DNA of 64,000 nucleotides from an uncultured Alphaproteobacteria bacterium (GTDB lineage: Bacteria > Pseudomonadota > Alphaproteobacteria > Sphingomonadales > Sphingomonadaceae), in contig CAWJWR010000009.1 of assembly GCA_963846645.1 (NCBI GenBank), positions 57,072-121,071 of the forward strand, in the 5' to 3' direction. Below are positions 57,701 to 64,000 of this stretch, piece after piece; position 1 is the stretch's first letter, and each line of letters opens with the position of its first letter. The notes under the pieces are model-generated. The model did not search any database. It was given only the letters and a program-made list of their open reading frames with translations, and was not told the origin of the DNA. Position numbers and translations under genes: made by a program.

Positions 57701-57935
57701 CCTGATGACGAGCTTCGCCTTCATCTTCGGCGTTCTGCCGCTGGCGATTTCGACGGGCGCAGGCGCGAACAGCCGCATCGCGATCGGCACGTCGGTCATC
57801 GGCGGCATGCTCACCGCGACGATCCTGGCGATCTTCTACATCCCCTTGTTCTTCGTGCTCGTGCGCCGCGGAGTGCGCGATGGACTTGCGAGCATCAGGG
57901 AACGGATGCGTCGGCGGCGGACGGCCGAAGCGTGA
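54741..57935 (+). CDS. RND efflux transporter permease (AcrB/MexB family, HAE1)
   Basis: 1064 aa, 12-TM AcrB architecture (IFIDRPIFAWVLAIVVML...; conserved GLLVDDAIVVVEN). Confidence 0.9.
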   Translation: MSRIFIDRPIFAWVLAIVVMLAGIGAIRALPIEQYPDIAPPQVNIRASYPGASAETIENSVTQIIEQQLTGIDGLLYFSSTSSSRGSVSISAVFQKGTDPDTAQVQVQNQVQQAIARLPAQVQQQGIRVTKSNPDFLLIVGIYDATDQRTNMDISDYLSSNIQDPLSRVPGVGDINVFGAPHAMRIWLNPQRLAAFSLMPSDVISAISAQNTEVAAGEVGGLPSPQGQMLNATVTAQSKLQTPEQFREIVLKTDPSGASVRLGDVSRVELGAENYAAVVRINGHPGAGIAISLAPGADALETAELVKARVQQLSDEFPEGLQIAYANDTTDFIKLSVEEVVKTLIEAIVLVILVIFVFLQNWRALLVPAIAIPVVLLGTFAIFYMTGFTINTLTLFGLTLAVGLLVDDAIVVVENVERLLHENPEMTPREATIESMKEIQVALVAIAMVLSAVFLPMAFFGGSTGVIYQQFSITIIAAMALSVLVALILSPALTSTLLRQPSKEPEGPNWLDRRVPAFGRLIHRSRNAFNNGFDRTVVRYRSAIVAVIDRKWLFLGIYGLIVAALIVMFLRLPTGFLPTEDQGAASLQYRLPPGATQGRTLEVRDAVERYFTEHESKNVKTLFTVAGGGGGGGAVGQNTGQGFINFVPWDERSGKENTADAIVERASGAFRNFRDAQVFALVPGAIRGLGQSSGFTMQFQNRSGMSREQFLAARDRLLKEANANPKLTSVRISDLPDVATYKIDVNQQKLTALGLNQNDVNSTLSTAWGGRYVNDFIDQGRVKRVYVQADAPYRADPASLGQWYVRSSNGEMAPFSSFAQTSWATAPSSLSRFQGVPAFEFQGQPAAGVSSGEAMDEMARLASEVDGTSVAWSGQSYQERLSSGQAPLLYAVSLLVVFLCLAALYESWSIPVAVLLVIPLGLVGAVFAVTLRGLENDVYLQIGLLTTMGLAAKNAILMIEFAERGERQGMRVIDAALEAARIRLRPILMTSFAFIFGVLPLAISTGAGANSRIAIGTSVIGGMLTATILAIFYIPLFFVLVRRGVRDGLASIRERMRRRRTAEA

Positions 57936-59310
57936 GGAAGTTCGCTGCGTTCCTCGCGCTGATGGCGACAGGCTGCGCGTCGATGCAGCCCGCTTATGTG
58001 CGCCCGGATTCCGCTGTGCCCGCATCATGGCCGGTCGGAGACGCCTATCTTCGCCAATCCGAAGCGGCACTGCCCGCGCTCACCTATCGCGACATTTTCC
58101 GCGACCCCCGGCTCCAGGCGCTGATCGAGCAGGCGCTCGTCAACAATCGCGACCTGATGGTTGCCGCGGCCAATATCGCGGCCGCGCGCGAGCAGGTGCG
58201 CATCCAGCGAGCGCAGCAGTTGCCGCAAGTGGACGCGAGCGCGGGTGCAACGCTGAACGGGTCGGGTTCAGGGTCCGGTGTCGAGGACAGCTATCAGGCC
58301 GGCTTGAGCATCCCCAATTTCGAGGTCGACCTGTTCGGACGGCTGCGCTCGCTGACCGACGTCCAGCGCAACCGTTACTTCGCGACCGAGGCGGCGGCGC
58401 GGACCACCCGGCTCGCCCTCGTCGCCGACATCGCCAACGCCTGGCTGACCTATGCGGCCGACGCGAGCTTGCTGCGCATCGCGGAGGACACGGTCGCAAG
58501 CGCTGAAAAGAGCGTCCGCCTCACGCGGGCTCGCCTCGAAGGCGGTATCGCGCCACGGACCGACCTCCGGCAGGCCGAGCAGATCCTCGAGGCCGCCAAG
58601 GCGGACGCTGCCGACCAGAAGACTGCGCTGGCGCAGGATGTGAACCTGCTGCAATTGCTTGTCGGCGCGCCAATCGATCCTAGGCTGTTGCCTGCTTCGA
58701 TCGACCAGGCCGCCCCGACGGTGGCGGAGCTTCCTGCCGGGCTGGATTCGCAGATCTTGTTGCGTCGTCCCGACGTGGTCGAGGCCGAGTATGAACTGCG
58801 GGCGGCAAACGCGCAGATCGGTGCGGCGCGCGCCGCCTTGTTCCCGCGCATCTCGCTGACCGGGCTGCTCGGGTTCGCAAGTACCGCACTGACCGAGCCT
58901 GTTCAGCAGCGACTCCCTCGTCTGGAGCGCGGGCGGGGACGCGACCTACAGCATCTTCCAAGCCGGCGCCGGGCGCGCGAACGTCCGCCTGACGGAGGCC
59001 CAGAAGGCGGCGGCTGTCGCCACCTACCAGCGAACGATCCAGCAAGCCTTCCGTGAAGTGGCCGACACGCTTGCCCGCCGGGGCACGATCGGTGAACAGT
59101 TGCGTGCCCGGCAGGCTCAGCGGGAAGCGGCGGCGGACAGTTATATGCTGACGGAAGCGCGGTACCGGAACGGCATCGAGAGCTTCCTCGGCAGCCTGGA
59201 CGCGCAGCGGTCCTATTATTCGGCGCAGCGCATTCTTGTGATCAGCCGTCTCGAGGCTTCGACGAACCTTGTCGAACTCTACCGATCCCTCGGCGGAGAC
59301 TTCGTCGCTG
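57932..59310 (+). CDS. RND efflux outer-membrane factor lipoprotein (OprM/NodT family); about 2 apparent frameshifts near 58900-59060; 3' end approximate
   Basis: GTG start overlaps the permease stop (GTGA). Lipobox LMATGCAS. OMF repeats (...LFPRISLTGLLGFAS...; ...LVELYRSLGGD in ORF 59058..). Confidence 0.75.
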
Positions 59311-59320
59311 AACGGGCCGG

Positions 59321-61828
59321 CTACAGAGACCGCAGCGCCGTAGCAGGACGAAGCTTCAGCAGGGGCAGGGCGCTCAGCAAAGCGATGCCGATCGTCAGCA
59401 CCGCCCCCGACAACAATGTGGCAAGCACTACCGGCCAATCCGGCTGCCAGGTGAAGTCGAAGACCTTCACGATCACGTACCACGCGCCGAGCAGCCCGAG
59501 CCCAAGCGAGATGCCGGTCACCACGACTGCAAGAAATCCATACTCTAGGGCTTGGACCGCAAGGATCTGAAACCTCGTCGCACCCAGTGTCTTCAGGATC
59601 ACGCTGTCGTAGGCCCGCGCGAGATGCGATGCCGCCAGCGCGCCGATCAGGACCGCCAGTCCCGCCAGCACCGCGACGGAAGCCGCGACCAGGATGGCGA
59701 CCGACATCTGGCCGAGGATGGTCGAGACTTCGCCGATGATCTCGCCGACATCGACGATCGTCGCCGACGGGAAATCCTTCAGCAGCGCGCGTGAAATGCC
59801 GCTCTTTTGCGCCGGGTCCACGTCGAGCGTCGCGGCAAGATTGTGCGGTGCGCTGGCAAGCGTCGATGGCGAGAAGACGAGGATGTAGTTGAACCCCATC
59901 GTGTCCCAGTGGATTTCCCGAAGAGAGGCGATGCGCGCTTCGATCTCGCGGCCGAGCACGCTGACCGTGAGCGTGTCGCCGACGCCGAGGCCGAGAATCT
60001 CGGCGGCCTCCCGGTCGAGCGATACCAAAGGCGGACCGCGATAATCTGCCGGCCACCATTCGCCTGCGGCAAGCTGGCTGCCCTCCGGAAGTGTTGGGCT
60101 ATACGTTACTCCGCGTTCGCCGCGCAGGAACCAGGCGCCTTCCGGCAGTTCCTTGAGATCCGCAACGCGGGTCGAACCGTAAGCGGTGATGGTCCCGCGA
60201 AGGTTGGGCACGATGTTGACGTCCGCGCCGGGCGCCTGACGACGAACGATGTCCTCGAAGGCGGCGCGGCGGTCAGACGGGATGTCGAGCACGAACTGGT
60301 CCGGCGCTCTTGCAGGCACGGTGCGCGCGATCTCCGCGGAAAGGCTCGTCTGGATTGCGGCGATGGAGACGAAGAGCGTGAGCGCCAGACCGAGCGCGGT
60401 GACGAGACCGACAGTCTGCGCTCCAGGCCGATAAAGTCCGCTGACGGCCAGCCGTACCAGCGGGCGCTTGGGGCGCGGAATGGATCGGGCCGCGAGCCGG
60501 ACGAGAGCGCCTACCAGGGCAAGCAGAAGGATGACGCCGATCACCGCACCGAGCACCGCCGCGGAGAATAGGGGCTCCCGAGAGGTGCCGAGAGCCAACG
60601 CAAGGACGAGACCTGCCCCCACGACCGCGAGCAGCACGGCTCGCCAGCCGAACTTGCGACGGCGAGCCACGGTCTCCCGGAAGAGCGATGCGACCGGCTG
60701 CATCCGAGCTCGTCCAAGCGGCGGCAGCGCGGAGATGAAGGCCATCAGGATTCCGTATGCGGCGCTTGTCAGGAGCGGCACGGGATAAAGCCGAAAACCG
60801 GGCTTCACCGGCAATAGGTCGCCGGCGATTGCGATGACAATGGCCGGAAGCGCCGCTCCCACGATCAAACCGCAGAGCACCGCCAGCACCGTCACCATCC
60901 CGATTTGCAGGAAGTAGACTCGCCCGATGTCGCCGGACGCTGCGCCAAGCATCTTCAGCGTCGCGATGCCGTCGCGCTTCCGCCGCAAGTAGGAGCCGAC
61001 GCCATTGCTGACGCCGATGCCGGCGATAATCAGGGCCGCGAGACCGATCAGCGTGAGGAACTGGCCCATGCGTTCGAAGAAGCGGCTCGCACCCGGAGCC
61101 GCGCGATCGCGGTCGCGAAATTCCCAGCTTGCGCTTGGGAAGCGGTCGCGAAGCCGATCGATCACGGACTGCGGTTCGATCCCTTCCGGCAAGCGCAGGC
61201 GGTACTTGCTGGTGAAAAGGCTGCCCGGCTGGACCAGGCCGGTGCGGTCGAGTCCATCGAGCGAGACGATCGCGACGGGCCCCAGCGTAAAGCCTTCGCC
61301 GACGCGGTCCGGTTCTTCGCCGATGATGCCCGCGACCCGAAAATCGGCATTGCCGAAGCGGAGCACATCGCCGCGTCTTATGCTGAGCCGGTCCGCAAGT
61401 TCCGGCGCGATCAGGGTCTGGCCGGGCGCAACCTGGCTCACGCGGCGGCCGTCGGCCGTCAGCACCCCGTAGAGCGGATAAGCCCCATCGACACCTTTCA
61501 ACTCGGTGAGAACGGCAGACCCGTCGTCGCCCGCCCGGGCCATGACGCGCATTCGAAGGGTCTCGCTGACCTGTCCTTCCGACTGCATGGCGCGCAATTC
61601 ATCGGACGAAGCGCGGCGTTGGGTCATCGATACCTGCAGGTCGCCGCCGAGAATTATTCGGCCGCGATCGGCGATCTCACCCGTGATCGCCGACGTCAGG
61701 CTGCCGATTGCAGCCAGAGTGGCGACCCCGAGAAAGATGCAGAGGAAGAGGAGCCTGAGCCCGCGCAGGCTGCGATGGAGGTCGCGTTGGGCCAGGTTTC
61801 TCGCGAGGCGCCAGCGAAGGGCGCTCAT
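59321..61828 (-). CDS. ABC transporter permease, FtsX/MacB-like (YbbP-like, duplicated 4-TM FtsX domains)
   Basis: 835 aa with two FtsX-type TM bundles and large periplasmic loops. 4-nt overlap with the upstream ATPase gene. Confidence 0.8.
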   Translation of the reverse strand: MSALRWRLARNLAQRDLHRSLRGLRLLFLCIFLGVATLAAIGSLTSAITGEIADRGRIILGGDLQVSMTQRRASSDELRAMQSEGQVSETLRMRVMARAGDDGSAVLTELKGVDGAYPLYGVLTADGRRVSQVAPGQTLIAPELADRLSIRRGDVLRFGNADFRVAGIIGEEPDRVGEGFTLGPVAIVSLDGLDRTGLVQPGSLFTSKYRLRLPEGIEPQSVIDRLRDRFPSASWEFRDRDRAAPGASRFFERMGQFLTLIGLAALIIAGIGVSNGVGSYLRRKRDGIATLKMLGAASGDIGRVYFLQIGMVTVLAVLCGLIVGAALPAIVIAIAGDLLPVKPGFRLYPVPLLTSAAYGILMAFISALPPLGRARMQPVASLFRETVARRRKFGWRAVLLAVVGAGLVLALALGTSREPLFSAAVLGAVIGVILLLALVGALVRLAARSIPRPKRPLVRLAVSGLYRPGAQTVGLVTALGLALTLFVSIAAIQTSLSAEIARTVPARAPDQFVLDIPSDRRAAFEDIVRRQAPGADVNIVPNLRGTITAYGSTRVADLKELPEGAWFLRGERGVTYSPTLPEGSQLAAGEWWPADYRGPPLVSLDREAAEILGLGVGDTLTVSVLGREIEARIASLREIHWDTMGFNYILVFSPSTLASAPHNLAATLDVDPAQKSGISRALLKDFPSATIVDVGEIIGEVSTILGQMSVAILVAASVAVLAGLAVLIGALAASHLARAYDSVILKTLGATRFQILAVQALEYGFLAVVVTGISLGLGLLGAWYVIVKVFDFTWQPDWPVVLATLLSGAVLTIGIALLSALPLLKLRPATALRSL

Positions 61829-62523
61829 GCGCGGCGATCCGCGACGACCCGCCCGTCGTTCATTTCGAGAACTCGCTCACATCGCGCAGCCAGCGAGGGA
61901 TCGTGCGTGATGATGATAAGGGTAGCCCCGGCAGCTTCCTTGCGGGCGAAAAGGACGTCGATGATTGCCGCGCCGGTCTTGCCGTCCAAATTGCCGGTCG
62001 GCTCATCCGCGAACAGGATCTGCGGTCCCGGAGCGACTGCGCGCGCGATGGCGACCCTCTGTTGCTCGCCGCCCGACAATTGGGCCGGATAGTGGGACAG
62101 GCGATGACCGAGGCCGACGGCCTCAAGCTCGACGCGAGCCTTGTCGAATGCGTCCGCCGCACCGGCAAGCTCCAGTGGGACCGCCACGTTTTCGAGCGCC
62201 GTCATGGTCGGGAGCAGGTGGAATGACTGGAGGACGATGCCGATGCGCCCGCGCCGCGCGCGCGCCAGATCGTCCTCGTCGAGCGAACCGAAGTTCGTGC
62301 CTGCAACATGCACTTCGCCGCCGGTGACCCGTTCCAGACCGGAGAGAATCGCCATCAGCGAGGACTTGCCCGACCCGGAAGGGCCGAGGATTGCGATCGT
62401 TTCTCCGTTCCGGATGTCGAGATCTATGCCCTTCAAAACGTCGGTCCGCGCTTCGCCCGTGCCCAGCGACAGCGTGACATTGCGCGCACTGATCGCGATA
62501 TCCGGGATGACTTCTGCGCGCAT
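61825..62523 (-). CDS. ABC transporter ATP-binding protein (YbbA/LolD-like)
   Basis: Walker [10 protein letters not shown], signature LSGGEQQRVAIARA, Walker B ILFADEPTGNLD. Confidence 0.85.
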   Translation of the reverse strand: MRAEVIPDIAISARNVTLSLGTGEARTDVLKGIDLDIRNGETIAILGPSGSGKSSLMAILSGLERVTGGEVHVAGTNFGSLDEDDLARARRGRIGIVLQSFHLLPTMTALENVAVPLELAGAADAFDKARVELEAVGLGHRLSHYPAQLSGGEQQRVAIARAVAPGPQILFADEPTGNLDGKTGAAIIDVLFARKEAAGATLIIITHDPSLAARCERVLEMNDGRVVADRRA

Positions 62524-62541
62524 GAAGGGAACCTCGAAGGA

Positions 62542-63246
62542 ATGAAGATGGTGCGGCGATATGTTGGTCTACTGCTGATTCTTCAATTGGCAGTCGCCTG
62601 TTCGCAGGAGGCGACGCCCACTGCCGAGCGGCAAAACGCGAATGCCGTGGCCAGCAGCCCGGATCAAACCGCGCCCGAAAAGCTGGTCCTCGCTTTCGGG
62701 GACAGTTTGTACGCGGGCTACGGCCTGAAGCAGGATCAGAGCTTCCCGGCCGTGCTCGAACGGGAGCTGGAGGAGAAGGGAATAGCTGCCAAAGTGGTCA
62801 ACGCCGGCGTTTCCGGTGACACCACCGCCGGCGGCAGGGCAAGGCTTGCCTTCACGCTCGATGGACTGGAGCGGAATCCCGATCTGGCGGTCGTCGGCCT
62901 TGGCGCCAACGACGCGTTGCGCGGACTGGACCCGGCCGAAACGCGCCGCAATCTCGATGCGATCATCGGCGAGCTCGACAAGCGCGGCATTCCTGTCCTC
63001 ATCACCGGGATGGTGGCGCCGCGGAATCTCGGGAGCGATTACGTATCGAGCTTCGACTCGATCTACCCGGCGCTCGCCAGGCAATATGATGCCGAACTCG
63101 ATCCGTTCTTCCTGGAAGGGGTGATCACGCGTCCGGACTTGCTACTCAGCGACGGCATTCATCCGAACGACGCAGGAGTCCGCGTCATGGCCGAGCGCAT
63201 CGCGCCGATGGCTGCGGAACAGTTGACCGAAAGGACCGCCGACTGA
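62542..63246 (+). CDS. SGNH/GDSL arylesterase / acyl-CoA thioesterase I-like (TesA-like), secreted
   Basis: Signal peptide; GDSL block LAFGDSLYAGYG; later blocks GANDALRG and DGIHPN. Divergent from the ABC pair, as in tesA-ybbA-ybbP arrangements. Confidence 0.8.
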   Translation: MKMVRRYVGLLLILQLAVACSQEATPTAERQNANAVASSPDQTAPEKLVLAFGDSLYAGYGLKQDQSFPAVLERELEEKGIAAKVVNAGVSGDTTAGGRARLAFTLDGLERNPDLAVVGLGANDALRGLDPAETRRNLDAIIGELDKRGIPVLITGMVAPRNLGSDYVSSFDSIYPALARQYDAELDPFFLEGVITRPDLLLSDGIHPNDAGVRVMAERIAPMAAEQLTERTAD

Positions 63247-63289
63247 ACTAGGCTGCCGGACGCCTGAGAGACCGGACGCGGGCGGGCCC

Positions 63290-63936
63290 CTCATCCTGAT
63301 TCAGGTTCGAGTGGCCGGGCAGGGGCTCGTGCATCTGCATGAGGGAGGCGGCCAGGGCCTCGTCGTCGCTGGAGCAGACGCCCGAGAACCAGCGCCTCGG
63401 CGCAGTCCTCGGCCGCGACATAGGCATGGCCCATGTTGGAATCGATGTAGATCGCCTCGCCGGTCTTGCAGCGTCACCGGATCGTAGAATTCGGTGTGAA
63501 CGACGATCGTGCCTTCAAGGACGTGAATATATTCCTCTCCGGCATGGCTCACGAGGTCGCCGAACTCGCTGAGCGACTTGGCGCGGATGCGGGTGAGTAC
63601 GGGGACCATGCGCTTCCGGCGCAATTCGGTGCAGAGGTAGTAATAATCATAGTTGGGCGTGGTTACGCGGATTGCGTCGTCGAGCCGGCCGATGCTTCGG
63701 CGGGCGGTCACGCTTTCCTCTTCCGGCTCGGCTTCGGCGAACAGTTCCGAGATGCGGATCTGCAAATTCTCGCTGAGCTGCAGGATCTTGTCATAGGTCA
63801 GGGTGAGGCGGTCATTCTCAACCTTCGACAAGGTCGAGACGGGAATCCCGCTGCGCTCGCTCATTTCGCGCAGGGTCCAGTTCCGGTGCGCCCGCAGCTC
63901 CTTCAGGATCCGGCCTAGCGTGGGGCGCTCGTTCAA
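63290..63936 (-). CDS. XRE-family HTH transcriptional regulator with C-terminal cupin domain; apparent frameshift ~63468; 3' end approximate
   Basis: TTG start after AGGAG. HTH LKELRAHRNWTLREMSERSGIPVSTLSKVEN. Cupin part (...GEEYIHVLEGTIVVHTEFY...) continues in another frame (...GEAIYIDSNMGHAYV...). Confidence 0.6.
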
Positions 63937-64000
63937 CGATCCTGCTCCTGTAATCGAATTGACAATTTTCTGATCAGGCTCATTATGGCCTCATTAGATA

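Noticed and set aside
57146-57931. N-terminal extension of the outer-membrane-factor ORF (57146..59056) overlapping the RND permease.
   Set aside because: It lies entirely within the permease gene. The lipoprotein signal peptide begins at the GTG at 57932, which overlaps the permease stop.

Overview
High-GC (~65%) alphaproteobacterial chromosomal segment; synteny suggests Sphingomonadales or Caulobacter-like. Content is mostly housekeeping. Plus side: partial comEC, tpiA-secG-pyrG, trxB, recR, def, rmuC, pckA, guaB-rsmB, pepA-holC, ndk, hdaA, aspS followed by an RND efflux operon (adaptor, permease, outer-membrane factor), and a tesA-like gene. Minus side: lexA, ppiD, truA-fmt, a chvI-chvG-hprK-rapZ-EIIA(Man)-HPr operon divergent from pckA, a DUF885 gene, nfeD-stomatin, the classic lptD-surA-pdxA-ksgA block, purM-purN, rnd, and a ybbA/ybbP-like ABC pair. 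No rRNA, tRNA, CRISPR, transposase or integrase was seen. The dominant observation is about 30 apparent single-base frameshifts, many in essential genes (pyrG, tpiA, guaB, purM, lptD, pckA, recR), so they are most likely sequencing indel errors rather than pseudogenes. Frameshifted genes are therefore listed below as CDS spanning all fragments. The main candidate for an uncharacterised system is a three-gene carrier-protein module (ACP-like protein, AMP-dependent ligase, PLP-dependent DAP/ornithine-type decarboxylase) between trxB and truA. Other items of interest: two alphaproteobacterial-type LexA boxes (one at lexA, one in front of rmuC); nested palindromes in the chvI-pckA control region; an AT-rich synonymously recoded patch inside purN; a Csp-like copper-storage protein; a degenerate J-domain region; a small Cys-rich secreted peptide; and repeat/hairpin elements in several intergenic regions. 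Hand-located motif coordinates may be off by up to about 3 nt in places, because the printed numbering and the ORF-track numbering disagree locally by 1-2 nt.
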